Notes under the pieces: model-generated
What the model was told of the DNA's origin: nothing
The model's database searches: none
Seen by the model: only the letters and a program-made list of their open reading frames with translations
In this document: positions 9,909 to 18,910 of the stretch, piece after piece
Layout: each line of letters opens with the position of its first letter
Position numbering within the stretch: the first letter of the stretch is position 1
NCBI RefSeq assembly: GCF_001545095.1
Contig: NZ_CP013213.1
Location: forward strand, 1,830,001 to 1,862,000
Length of the DNA stretch: 32,000 bases
Reading direction: 5' to 3'
From: Erysipelothrix larvae
GTDB taxonomy: Bacteria > Bacillota_I > Bacilli_A > Erysipelotrichales > Erysipelotrichaceae
Made by a program: the position numbers and the translations under genes

Positions 9909-11321
9909 TTATTTTGATCCAATCTTCGCAAATACAACAATTAATGTCTTAAACAAAATTTTGAAGTCTAATACTAATGTAAAGTTATCAATGTACTCTG
10001 TATCTAACCGTACAACTTCTTCAAAGTCTGTTATGTTACTTCTTCCGCTTACTTGCCACATCCCAGTAATTCCAGGTTTCATGCTCAATCTTCGTTTATG
10101 GTGTGAGCTATACTGTTTGAACTCGTCAATTGTTGGTGGTCGTGTCCCAACCAAACTCATTTCTCCCTTAACAACATTAAAGAACTGAGGAAGCTCATCA
10201 ATGCTGGTTGCACGGATAAACTTACCAACTTTTGTAACTCGTGGATCATCTGTCATCTTAAACATATGTCCCTCAACTTCATTTTCTTTTAAGAGGTCTT
10301 TCTTTTGTTGCTCTGCATTGACACCCATGGATCTAAATTTATAAATATAGAAGTACCTTCCATTAAGTCCTACTCTTTTCTGTTTAAAGAATATAGGGCC
10401 CGGTGATTCGAGTTTAATTATTGGCCCTAATATAATAGCCACAAGTAAAGTAATCGCAGAACCAATTAACCCTCCGATAATATCCATAATTCGTTTAAGA
10501 AACAATGTTTCCTCACTTGGAAAGGCTTGTGCATATGAGAGTACAGGGTAATCACCTATGTAGTTTACCTGAGTTTGAACTCCATCATAGAATTCCAACA
10601 AATCAACGCCAAAATTCACTACGACACCCATTGACCAGATTTCACTTACGATTGGCTCAATTTTTGCCCACCAACCGTTATCTACAACAAATAAGAGCGA
10701 ATCTACGATTTCTTTACGAGTAAATTCAACTACAGACTCAAAATTAGAGACTACTTTATAGCCATTAATTGATTCGCCTATGCAATCTCTATCTATAATG
10801 GCAAAACCAACAAACTCATAGTTTGAACCATGTTGAATGATATCTAGTTTCTCTTGTGATTGTGCCTTCTCGTATGTTGTCACGATGATTAATTTTTGTT
10901 TGTTTGCTAAATGACCTTTCAAGTAAAATCGTCTAATAATTAATCTTCCAATAAACCCAACAAAGACATAAATTACTAATGTCAGTAGAAATACTCCACG
11001 AGATACTGACTTACTGTAATTCATAATAAAAACGAATACAGCAAAAAACATTCCCATGAATGCTATGTTTTTTATAATATTGTAAATTTCTTGAACATTG
11101 TTTCTTTTTAGAAACAATCTATTTTTACTAAGCGTTATAATTTCTGCGAAAAAAAGCGACAACAAAAAGATGAGTAAAGTCTGACCAAATGATTGATCAA
11201 AGAAAACTCGTTCATCCTGAAAAATGATAAGATATATAATAGCTGCAAGAATATAACTGATACTCAATGATAGTATATCTGCAATAGTGACCGACAGCTC
11301 TAGTTTCTTAGTCCGATTCAA
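9909..11321 (-). CDS. Initiating polyprenyl-phosphate sugar-phosphate transferase (large WbaP/CpsE-type PGT), copy 1
   Basis: An N-terminal TM region is followed by the C-terminal bacterial sugar transferase domain PGPIFFKQKRVGLNGRYFYIYKFRSM...DELPQFFNVVKGEMSLVGTRPP. I propose a TTG start at 11321 after GGAGGGG. The track ATG at 11393 sits inside a TGcTATAATG promoter box. This start gives 470 aa, the same length as copy 2. Confidence 0.88.
   Translation of the reverse strand: MNRTKKLELSVTIADILSLSISYILAAIIYLIIFQDERVFFDQSFGQTLLIFLLSLFFAEIITLSKNRLFLKRNNVQEIYNIIKNIAFMGMFFAVFVFIMNYSKSVSRGVFLLTLVIYVFVGFIGRLIIRRFYLKGHLANKQKLIIVTTYEKAQSQEKLDIIQHGSNYEFVGFAIIDRDCIGESINGYKVVSNFESVVEFTRKEIVDSLLFVVDNGWWAKIEPIVSEIWSMGVVVNFGVDLLEFYDGVQTQVNYIGDYPVLSYAQAFPSEETLFLKRIMDIIGGLIGSAITLLVAIILGPIIKLESPGPIFFKQKRVGLNGRYFYIYKFRSMGVNAEQQKKDLLKENEVEGHMFKMTDDPRVTKVGKFIRATSIDELPQFFNVVKGEMSLVGTRPPTIDEFKQYSSHHKRRLSMKPGITGMWQVSGRSNITDFEEVVRLDTEYIDNFTLVLDFKILFKTLIVVFAKIGSK
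10132..10187. repeat. 56-nt stretch identical to 24842-24897, the longest perfect run in the PGT gene duplication
   Basis: Direct comparison of the two PGT genes. GTTGGTGGTCGTGTCCCAACCAAACTCATTTCTCCCTTAACAACATTAAAGAACTG occurs in both, in the same orientation. Confidence 0.9.
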
Positions 11322-11391
11322 AATACCCCTCCGTACCTTATAATATCTAAAATTTTGATACATATCAAAATTTCCTATGACTACATAGAAC

Positions 11392-11400
11392 ATTATAGCA
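11392..11400 (-). promoter_or_regulatory. Extended -10 promoter element (TGcTATAAT) for locus 1
   Basis: The minus strand reads aaaaTGcTATAATg about 70 nt upstream of the proposed TTG start. There is no good -35, which an extended -10 can tolerate. Confidence 0.5.
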
Positions 11401-11749
11401 TTTTAATATAGAATATGTTGTTTAAACAGCACTTTCTTATAAAGAATTTTCTCTGTACTGAAACATTTTGCCGAATTTTGAGCATATTGTAAAGATTTTT
11501 CTCTCAAAATATAGATTTTGATAGATTATTATTGAATTTGTGAAATTATTTGCACTATTAAGGGTAAAACAATGATAGCATTGAAAAACTTGTGTATTCT
11601 AGGGTTCTGTTGTATTCAAACCAACACGTGGCCATGGTGAATTGTTGTGAAAATTAAGCGATTGACCATTTATCATTATCATGATGATTAAGATCCAAAC
11701 AGTTATGTCTTGTATTCTCCTATAAATTAAATGTCAGACTACTTCACAT

Positions 11750-11779
11750 GAAAAGACCGAACCCTCAACTGGCTCGGTC
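11750..11779 (-). terminator. Rho-independent terminator (minus strand)
   Basis: The minus strand reads GACCGAGCC-AGTTGAG-GGTTCGGTC followed by TTTTC. This is a 9-bp stem including one G-U pair. It lies about 220 nt downstream of the 318-aa gene and upstream of the locus 1 promoter. Confidence 0.55.
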
Positions 11780-11999
11780 GTATTGTGATCTAATGTACTA
11801 TTTAATATTTCTTTTGTTCTTCACTACTTTTAAGACAAGCAATAGACTTGCGGGGGTGAGTAATAGAATTTGTAGTGCAACATTCCTTTTCTTCTCTTTG
11901 TGTTTCTGTACGTGTTAGCTTGAGTACTTTTCCCCTGCATTATTTTCTCTTCCACAGTCCTTTCCTTACAATAATTAGGTGCTATTATCAAGTATCACC

Positions 12000-12956
12000 C
12001 TATTTCCTTAATTGTAATGTGTTTGGATACAAATGTAATTCTAGTAAGTCTTCATTATTATCAATGTACTCAATAATTGATGTCGTCGTATCAATGACAT
12101 TGCTTGATAAAAAGGAGAATGGATTTCCATATTTTGGTGGTAGATGGCCGTCTAGAAATAATGATTCTTCCTTTGAAAACTCCTCTAAAATGACTGTTCT
12201 AAAATCTTGTAGTGCATGCCCAAGTGCATCGTATTCTTTGAGTCCAGCTAGACTCGCAATCTGTAGACTAAATGCATCTTTGAGATAATTCAAATTATAC
12301 AATGCGACTTCTGCTACATTCTCTTCTTCTTCAAGATTAGACTTTATTGCTGAGAAAAACCGTATATTTTCCTTTGAATCTCTAAACTTCTGTTTCGTTT
12401 CGTAAAGTTGGTTTAATAATAAGTTGTAGGCATTTGTGGACTGTGATAATGATTCAAGATAGAGTGTTTTTTTCACTTCTATATCTTTACTTAATAAAGC
12501 ATAATGATACTTAGCTTGAGCAGCGTGAACCTCTGCATATCGATTCGAATCAAAATTGCGATTTACACTATTAATCTTGTCGCCTAATTCATCTAGTTTT
12601 TGTGTCATCTTTTGCAATTCATTCGTTAAACCCATACTTGCAATTAAAACTCCAAGTTCAAGCGGAATTTCTTTAATTGGCAGCTGTGCAAAAGTTTTCT
12701 TTGATAAAGCATCACGCAATATCCCCACCGCTTCACCTGTTTTTCCTTTTCGGATAAATTCTAGCTCACCACTTGATATCTTATGGGCGAGTTCTCTTGA
12801 TACATTGAAGGCCAAGCTTTTCCCATTCGTAAATTGTTCAATGAGCTGTGGTACATTGAAAAGTTGAGCGGATAGATTGTCAATCAACACAAATGTCTCT
12901 TTCGATTTATTTCTAATAAATGGTTGTTTTCGATTATCAAAAACTTTTAGAAACAA
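12000..12956 (-). CDS. Hypothetical soluble alpha-helical protein, no family recognised
   Basis: 318-codon ORF with a TTG at 12956 and no hydrophobic TM stretch. A well-signalled ATG at 13005 lies in another frame (see findings), so the true 5' end is uncertain. Confidence 0.6.
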   Translation of the reverse strand: MFLKVFDNRKQPFIRNKSKETFVLIDNLSAQLFNVPQLIEQFTNGKSLAFNVSRELAHKISSGELEFIRKGKTGEAVGILRDALSKKTFAQLPIKEIPLELGVLIASMGLTNELQKMTQKLDELGDKINSVNRNFDSNRYAEVHAAQAKYHYALLSKDIEVKKTLYLESLSQSTNAYNLLLNQLYETKQKFRDSKENIRFFSAIKSNLEEEENVAEVALYNLNYLKDAFSLQIASLAGLKEYDALGHALQDFRTVILEEFSKEESLFLDGHLPPKYGNPFSFLSSNVIDTTTSIIEYIDNNEDLLELHLYPNTLQLRK

Positions 12957-13040
12957 CCGGTTTCACAGGTTTTTTCACAAACCCTTCCCCAGACTTTATA
13001 TCCATACACTATCCTCTCAATAATCCCTTTATAAATTAAT

Positions 13041-13049
13041 ATTATAACA
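13041..13049 (-). promoter_or_regulatory. Extended -10 element (TGtTATAAT) upstream of the orphan gene
   Basis: The minus strand reads cagaTGtTATAATatt. It is followed about 25 nt later by the SD GAGAGGA and the ATG at 13005. Confidence 0.5.
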
Positions 13050-13215
13050 TCTGTAATCTTATTATGATACGGGTATTCTAAAAACATAGGTGGTAATTTT
13101 TCTGAGGTGATTGTGTTGGTATGTGGGCTGACCCTAAATTTTTTCACAATGCAAAGGGACACTGTGAATGTGGTGAATTAATGAAATCTAGATATAACGC
13201 GTGTTTGATACTAAT

Positions 13216-13264
13216 CAAAAATGGTCGCAAACCCTTTAAATTAAGGACTTACGACCATTTTTGT
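13216..13264. terminator. Bidirectional-looking hairpin terminator ending locus 2
   Basis: The outer stem is AATGGTCG (13220-13227) paired with CGACCATT (13252-13259). The inner stem is CCTT/AAGG. A-runs and T-runs flank it on both sides. It lies about 60 nt downstream of the rfbD stop. Confidence 0.5.
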
Positions 13265-13319
13265 AGTGTTAGTGTGTTAACCAAATTCGTATTTTATTCT
13301 CGTTAATAATATGCGTGTA

Positions 13320-14159
13320 TTACAGTAATTCAATCATTGCTTCTAAAGCTTCTTCCCACTTACGTGGAACAGTAAAGCCTGCATCAATCAGTGATTGTTT
13401 TGACATTCTTGAGTTTAAAGGTCTTACTGCGCGTGTTGGATATTCACGTGTTGGAATACCCTTTACTTCACAATTGATATTCGCAATCTCGAAGATTTTT
13501 TGTGTAAAGTCATACCATGAACAGAAGCCTTCATTGGTTGCATGATAGATACCATATTTCTCTGTTTGAATCATGTCGACTAAGATTGGTGCTACATCCC
13601 CACAGTATGTTGGTGATCCAATTTGGTCATTCACAACATTCAGTGAATCGCGTTCATTTCCTAAACGAAGCATGGTCTTTACAAAGTTATTCCCATTCAC
13701 ACCAAATACCCATGATATGCGAACAATGAAGTATTTCTCAAGTACTTTTTGGACTTCGAGTTCTCCTTGATACTTCGTAATCCCATACCAGCTTACTGGA
13801 TTGGGTGTGTCTGTAACTTCAAAGGGTTGTGTTCCTTCACCATCAAAGACATAATCAGTACTAATATATACAAGCTTTGCATCAATCTCTTTTGAAGCTT
13901 CCGCAATATAGCGAGTTCCCAATACATTAATCGCTTCTACTTTTTCTTTATCATCTTCTGCTTGGTCTACTGCAGTATATGCTGCACAGTGTATGATTGC
14001 ATCAGGTGCATAATCCCGAATGAGGTTTTTGATTTCTTTTTCGTTTGTGATATCTGCATCTTCAAAGTCTATTGACTTATAGTCTATCCCTGCTTTATCT
14101 AAGGCAAGCTTCACATCATAAGCCAGTTGTCCATTACCACCGGTTACTAATACTTTCAT
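13320..14159 (-). CDS. rfbD: dTDP-4-dehydrorhamnose reductase
   Basis: MKVLVTGGNGQLAYD...IIHCAAYTAVD...STDYVFDG. I used the ATG at 14159, one nt after the rfbB stop. The track ORF extension to 14372 runs inside rfbB. Confidence 0.92.
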   Translation of the reverse strand: MKVLVTGGNGQLAYDVKLALDKAGIDYKSIDFEDADITNEKEIKNLIRDYAPDAIIHCAAYTAVDQAEDDKEKVEAINVLGTRYIAEASKEIDAKLVYISTDYVFDGEGTQPFEVTDTPNPVSWYGITKYQGELEVQKVLEKYFIVRISWVFGVNGNNFVKTMLRLGNERDSLNVVNDQIGSPTYCGDVAPILVDMIQTEKYGIYHATNEGFCSWYDFTQKIFEIANINCEVKGIPTREYPTRAVRPLNSRMSKQSLIDAGFTVPRKWEEALEAMIELL

Positions 14160-14160
14160 C

Positions 14161-15186
14161 TTATTCGCCTCGTTGTCCATACATCGTTTCATAGTAGTTT
14201 TGATATTCACCACTGAGGATTTCTTCCCACCATGGTTTGTTTTCAAGATACCACTTGATTGTTTTCTTAATGCCTTCATCAAAGGTTGTTTCTGGAGTCC
14301 ATCCGAGTTCTGTAGTAATCTTGGTTGGATCAATTGCATACCGTAGATCATGTCCTTTACGATCGGTAACATACGTAATTAAATCTTCTGTCTTGTTCAG
14401 TTCATGAAGGATTGTCTTCACAACTTCTAAGTTTGTGCGTTCATTGTGTCCACCAATGTTATAGACTTCACCAACACGTCCATGCTCAAGAATCATTTGA
14501 ATTGCTTTACAGTGGTCTTCCACATAAAGCCAGTCTCTTACATTTTCACCTTTTCCATATACAGGAAGTTTTTCATCTGCCAGTGCACGACTGATCATTA
14601 AAGGAATGAGTTTCTCTGGGAAATGGTAAGGTCCGTAGTTGTTTGAACAGCGACTGATCGTTACGGGTAATCCAAAGGTACGGTTGTATGCTTGAACTAA
14701 AAGGTCTGAACCTGCTTTAGAAGCAGAATAGGGGGATGATGTATGAATTGGGGTTTCTTCCGTAAAGAAAAGTTCAGGTTGGTCTAAAGGAAGGTCACCA
14801 TATACTTCATCAGTTGATACTTGGTGGTATCGTTTCACATTATATTTACGCGATGCATCAAGCAGTGTTTGTGTCCCTAATACATTGGTTTGTAGGAAGA
14901 TCCCTGGATTTTCAATTGAACGGTCGACATGACTTTCTGCTGCAAAGTTCACAACAACATCAAACTGTTCTTCAGAAAACAGTTGATCAATGAAATCACG
15001 ATCTGCAATATCCCCTTTCACAAACTTAAACTGTGGATGATCCATCACATCTTTAAGTGTTGAAAGGTTTCCTGCATAGGTTAATGCATCAAGACAGACT
15101 ACTTCTATCTCTGGTCGATGTTTTAATACATAGAATACATAATTTGAGCCAATAAACCCGGCTCCACCTGTTACTAAATATTTCAT
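14161..15186 (-). CDS. rfbB: dTDP-glucose 4,6-dehydratase
   Basis: [16 protein letters not shown]...HVDRSI...STDEVYG...YSASKA...[14 protein letters not shown]. Confidence 0.95.
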   Translation of the reverse strand: MKYLVTGGAGFIGSNYVFYVLKHRPEIEVVCLDALTYAGNLSTLKDVMDHPQFKFVKGDIADRDFIDQLFSEEQFDVVVNFAAESHVDRSIENPGIFLQTNVLGTQTLLDASRKYNVKRYHQVSTDEVYGDLPLDQPELFFTEETPIHTSSPYSASKAGSDLLVQAYNRTFGLPVTISRCSNNYGPYHFPEKLIPLMISRALADEKLPVYGKGENVRDWLYVEDHCKAIQMILEHGRVGEVYNIGGHNERTNLEVVKTILHELNKTEDLITYVTDRKGHDLRYAIDPTKITTELGWTPETTFDEGIKKTIKWYLENKPWWEEILSGEYQNYYETMYGQRGE

Positions 15187-15204
15187 TTTTTATGATCTCC
15201 TTTA

Positions 15205-15750
15205 TTAGAATTTGATATCTGCATCGTTTAGAAACGGTGCAGCTTTGTCTTTATCAGATAATACTGGATTATCAATTCCCCAATCAATATTTAGTTCAGG
15301 GTCATCATAACGAATGCTTCGATCACTTGGATAATCATAGAAGTTATCGGCTTTATATTGTACTTCTACATCATCACTCAGTGTTACGAAGGCATGTCCA
15401 AACCCTCTAGGGATCATGAGTTGTTTTTGGTTCTCTGCACTGAGTTCTACAGAGATCCATTGTTTATAGGTTTTAGAGTCTTCTCTTAGGTCTACGGCGA
15501 CATCTAAGATTGCACCGCGTGTACAGCGTACAAGCTTCGCTTGGGCATAGGGTGCATTCTGTAGGTGAATACCACGCAGTACCCCTTTCATCTTACTGTA
15601 TGAGTGATTATCTTGAACAAAGTCATAGTTTAACCCTAAGCTTTCTACAGTATTCTTAGAATAGGATTCCATGAACCATCCACGATGATCTCCAAATACT
15701 TTGGGTTCAAGAATGACACACCCTTCAAGTTTAGTTTCTGTCTTATTCAT
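15205..15750 (-). CDS. rfbC: dTDP-4-dehydrorhamnose 3,5-epimerase
   Basis: 181 aa with FGDHRGWFMESY...LRGIHLQ...KLVRCTRGAILDVAVDLR. Confidence 0.95.
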   Translation of the reverse strand: MNKTETKLEGCVILEPKVFGDHRGWFMESYSKNTVESLGLNYDFVQDNHSYSKMKGVLRGIHLQNAPYAQAKLVRCTRGAILDVAVDLREDSKTYKQWISVELSAENQKQLMIPRGFGHAFVTLSDDVEVQYKADNFYDYPSDRSIRYDDPELNIDWGIDNPVLSDKDKAAPFLNDADIKF

Positions 15751-16625
15751 TAACGAATCTTCCCTTCACTCACATTTCTTAAATGTTGACCATACGGTGA
15801 CTTACCATACAGTTCTGCAGATTCCAAGAGTTTTTCTTTCGATATCCACCCTTGACGGTATGCAATTTCTTCAGGAGCACTGATCTTAATTCCAGAACGT
15901 TTCTCCATGACTTCTACATATTGTGCTGCTTCTAACAGTGATTCAACAGTACCGGTATCAAGCCACGCAAATCCACGTCCTAGGACTTCAACTTCTAATT
16001 CACCTTTTTCAAGGTAAATTGCATTCAGGTCTGTGATTTCGTATTCACCTCGTGGACTTGGTTTTAAGTTCTTTGCATATTCAACCACTTTATTGTCATA
16101 GAAGTATAACCCAGTTACTGCATAGTTCGATTTAGGTTCAGATGGTTTCTCTTCAATTGAGATTGCTGTACCGTTTTCATCAAACTCTACAACACCAAAC
16201 CGTTCTGGGTCGGTGACATAGTATCCAAATACAGTCGCTCCAGACGTCTTAGATGAAGCATGCTTCAAAGATTGACCAAAGTGACGCCCATAGAAGATGT
16301 TGTCTCCAAGTACCAGGGCTACTGAATCATCACCAATGAATGCTTCACCTAAGGTAAAGGCTTGAGCCAATCCATCAGGAGATGGTTGTACTTTATAAGA
16401 AAGTGATAATCCGAATTGACTTCCATCACCTAAAAGCCTCTCAAAGTTTGGTAAGTCTTGTGGTGTTGAGATAATCAGTATCTCGTTTATTCCTGCAAGC
16501 ATCAGTGTGCTTAATGGATAATAAATCATCGGTTTATCATAAACCGGAAGTAATTGCTTGCTTGTAACCTTTGTCAGTGGATGGAGTCGTGTTCCTGATC
16601 CTCCTGCGAGTATTATACCTTTCAT
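15750..16625 (-). CDS. rfbA: Glucose-1-phosphate thymidylyltransferase
   Basis: [18 protein letters not shown]...[17 protein letters not shown]...GLAQAF. I chose the ATG at 16625 (SD GGGAGGG). There is a 1-nt TAATG overlap with rfbC. Confidence 0.95.
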   Translation of the reverse strand: MKGIILAGGSGTRLHPLTKVTSKQLLPVYDKPMIYYPLSTLMLAGINEILIISTPQDLPNFERLLGDGSQFGLSLSYKVQPSPDGLAQAFTLGEAFIGDDSVALVLGDNIFYGRHFGQSLKHASSKTSGATVFGYYVTDPERFGVVEFDENGTAISIEEKPSEPKSNYAVTGLYFYDNKVVEYAKNLKPSPRGEYEITDLNAIYLEKGELEVEVLGRGFAWLDTGTVESLLEAAQYVEVMEKRSGIKISAPEEIAYRQGWISKEKLLESAELYGKSPYGQHLRNVSEGKIR

Positions 16626-16801
16626 GCTTTTCCCTCCCAAATTTTAAATTTTAAATATTACTACCCTACACTTATACCGTGTTATCTGTATATCAATCTA
16701 TGCATGGTAAAATTGTTAACCATATCTTTTAATAGACTTTATCCACTATGTTTAAAAGCGTGTTCTTGTCATTTTCTTAATATTCTTTTTTTTCATACCT
16801 G

Positions 16802-17833
16802 TTATCGCCCAAATAACAACACCGAACAGATCTTTGACTTTTTAATTTGCTGAGTGATGACATTACACAAGAGAAGCATAATTATTGAAACGATACCTAC
16901 GACACAATAATTAAGTCCTTGTAATGGAGCAAACAGACGCTTAATTAGGAAGATAAACAAGAAGTTTGAAATAATGTAAATCCCCAAAGAATTCTTACCC
17001 ATATCTGATATCCAGTGTTTAATAGAATCTGGCACCCATTTATATATGTGTTTCAATGCAAATAAAGCAAGAAAACAGCCGACAAATCCAATTGCATAAC
17101 GATACATATCATAATAAATAATTGTCTCTGCAGACCGACCCAAAATTGAAAACATGGATATGTAAATTGAAGTGTCGATTGTATACATTTTGAATAGGAA
17201 TCCAAACACGATTAAGCATATACATGCAAGGATTGCTTCTACACGTTTAGACACCTTGAGTGTGTTCTCATATTTATTCGTATAGTATCCAGCTAGGAAA
17301 AACGGAAACATATATTTATGCATATGAAATGAGTACTGATCCAATGAAATAAAGGATAATGCAAATATGATGCAGTAAATCACAAAACTAAGTTTACCTT
17401 TTGTTGTCTTATCTACAAGCATTACAATGAGTGAACAGACTAATACAGACCACAGAAACCAAAACGTTCCCGTAAAGTATTCAAGAACCTCATTTAAGCT
17501 TAAGAGCATTTTACCATTTAGATAATGGTCAATCGTAAACCAGATAAGTGTCCAGATTGTGATTGGAACTAGCAAAGTTCTGATCCTATTTTTAATAATC
17601 GATCCAATGTTTCTTTTCTTGCTCGTAAAACTAAATAGGTATCCACTGATCAGCATGAAGAGGGGCATATGGAATGAATAAATAATAATGAATAATGGAT
17701 TATAAAAAAAGAGGAGATAGTTTGCGAATTCGATGCCACCTGTTAACTGAATACTATGTCCCAATACCACAAATATTATTGCGAATCCTTTTAAAAAGTC
17801 TAAATAATTGTTTCTCACTGTATGTTTTGTCAT
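16802..17833 (-). CDS. Integral-membrane acyltransferase family 3 protein (probable polysaccharide O-acetyltransferase)
   Basis: 343 aa and polytopic. NYLDFLKGFAIIFVVLGHS at the N-terminus is typical of the acyltransferase_3 family. The SD is AGGAGAA. Confidence 0.8.
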   Translation of the reverse strand: MTKHTVRNNYLDFLKGFAIIFVVLGHSIQLTGGIEFANYLLFFYNPLFIIIYSFHMPLFMLISGYLFSFTSKKRNIGSIIKNRIRTLLVPITIWTLIWFTIDHYLNGKMLLSLNEVLEYFTGTFWFLWSVLVCSLIVMLVDKTTKGKLSFVIYCIIFALSFISLDQYSFHMHKYMFPFFLAGYYTNKYENTLKVSKRVEAILACICLIVFGFLFKMYTIDTSIYISMFSILGRSAETIIYYDMYRYAIGFVGCFLALFALKHIYKWVPDSIKHWISDMGKNSLGIYIISNFLFIFLIKRLFAPLQGLNYCVVGIVSIIMLLLCNVITQQIKKSKICSVLLFGR

Positions 17834-17928
17834 TGTATTCTCCTATTAAAGATAATCCATGAATTGCGTATTGATATAATACATACGCATCGCAATCACA
17901 ATATCTAATTTATTACATCCGATGTTTT

Positions 17929-18813
17929 TTATTTGCCTTTCCTTTCAAGAAATTCTTCAAATGATGAATACGTTCTTTTTAAAATAGTCTTACTAACAAG
18001 GAATTGAAAGTATCTTAATAAAACGCCTACCCCTAATTTTTTATAGATATACTTTATTTTTAGTTTCATCGGGATGCCTAAAGATTGCATGTCATCTTCT
18101 GTAAAGAATCCTCTTTTACTAAAATCAATTTCAATCTCATGGGTTTTAAATAAAGGCACAACATCTTCTTCAACCCATTTTCCACGATAAACAGCCCATC
18201 CTCCAGAGTTCTTTCCATACTTAATCGGTGCGTAGTTCAGATCACTGATATATAAAAATGTCTTTTTTGACTGTACTGCTTTGATGTTTCCAAATAACTC
18301 CCAAAGCCAAGGGTTGTCTGCATCATCCCAAAAAGAAAGGAAATCCTGTGTGCGCCATAAACCTGCTTGAAGATTTAACTTATAGGGTGCATATTGAGCT
18401 GTAACATTTAGGTGCATTGCTTCATTATATACTCGTCCAAACTGAAGGTTATCATCAAAGGATATGCATGCAATCGATGGGTCTTCTTTCATCAGTCCGA
18501 TGAGTTGATCAAGCATCCTGTGATCAATCGCTTCTCGAATAAAAAAATCATCGAGAAGAATCAGTACAAATTCACGATCAATACGTGTCAATGCTTTGAT
18601 CATTCTGTTCCCATAAGAACCATGACCTGTCTGTATCCCCTTGATATTGGGTTTAATACTTCCTCCAGATTCACTATTAAGCGATACATTTTCAAATGTC
18701 ATGCCACCAAATTTATTAAAGAGTATTTGAAAAGGTTCCCAAAGATCTTGGTATGCGTCACAAGAATTAATTAAAACGCTTAAATCTTGATAATTTTTAA
18801 GTTGATTTGTCAT
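17929..18813 (-). CDS. Uncharacterised soluble protein, possibly a GT-A-like transferase
   Basis: 294 aa from the ATG at 18813 (SD GGAGAG). It contains VLILLDDFF, a DxD-like motif, but I do not recognise a family. Confidence 0.4.
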   Translation of the reverse strand: MTNQLKNYQDLSVLINSCDAYQDLWEPFQILFNKFGGMTFENVSLNSESGGSIKPNIKGIQTGHGSYGNRMIKALTRIDREFVLILLDDFFIREAIDHRMLDQLIGLMKEDPSIACISFDDNLQFGRVYNEAMHLNVTAQYAPYKLNLQAGLWRTQDFLSFWDDADNPWLWELFGNIKAVQSKKTFLYISDLNYAPIKYGKNSGGWAVYRGKWVEEDVVPLFKTHEIEIDFSKRGFFTEDDMQSLGIPMKLKIKYIYKKLGVGVLLRYFQFLVSKTILKRTYSSFEEFLERKGK

Positions 18814-18910
18814 ATTACTCTCCACATATTTTCTCATATATTAATTGTAATGTGTGTATTGATTGTAGCCTTGATAGCTTCTACATCTACTAAAGTGTTC
18901 TTTCAAAACG

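Noticed and set aside
9505-10188. 227-aa plus-strand ORF
   Set aside because: It lies entirely antisense to the DUF4422 and PGT genes, has no SD and has low-complexity composition. It is a shadow ORF of well-supported minus-strand genes.
11572-11640. 22-aa Cys-rich plus-strand mini-ORF (MIALKNLCILGFCCIQTNTWPW) with an AAGGG 8 nt upstream
   Set aside because: It is too short to evaluate from one sequence and may be a chance ORF in the locus 1 upstream region. It would only be worth revisiting if conserved.
11875-12867. Plus-strand ORFs 11875-12288 and 12556-12867
   Set aside because: Both are antisense to the 318-codon ORF or its 3' region. Neither has an SD, and their Ser/Leu/Phe-rich composition is typical of AT-rich antisense frames.
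13121-13306. 61-aa plus-strand ORF
   Set aside because: It runs straight through the terminator hairpin at 13220-13259 and has no SD.
14160-14372. N-terminal extension of the rfbD track ORF (350 aa)
   Set aside because: The extension overlaps the 3' end of rfbB in another frame. The canonical MKVLVTGG Rossmann start at 14159 sits one nt after the rfbB stop.
13517-14594. Plus-strand ORFs 13517-13729, 13573-13770 and 14412-14594
   Set aside because: All are antisense to rfbD or rfbB.
18412-18774. 120-aa plus-strand ORF
   Set aside because: It is antisense to the 294-aa gene and has no SD.
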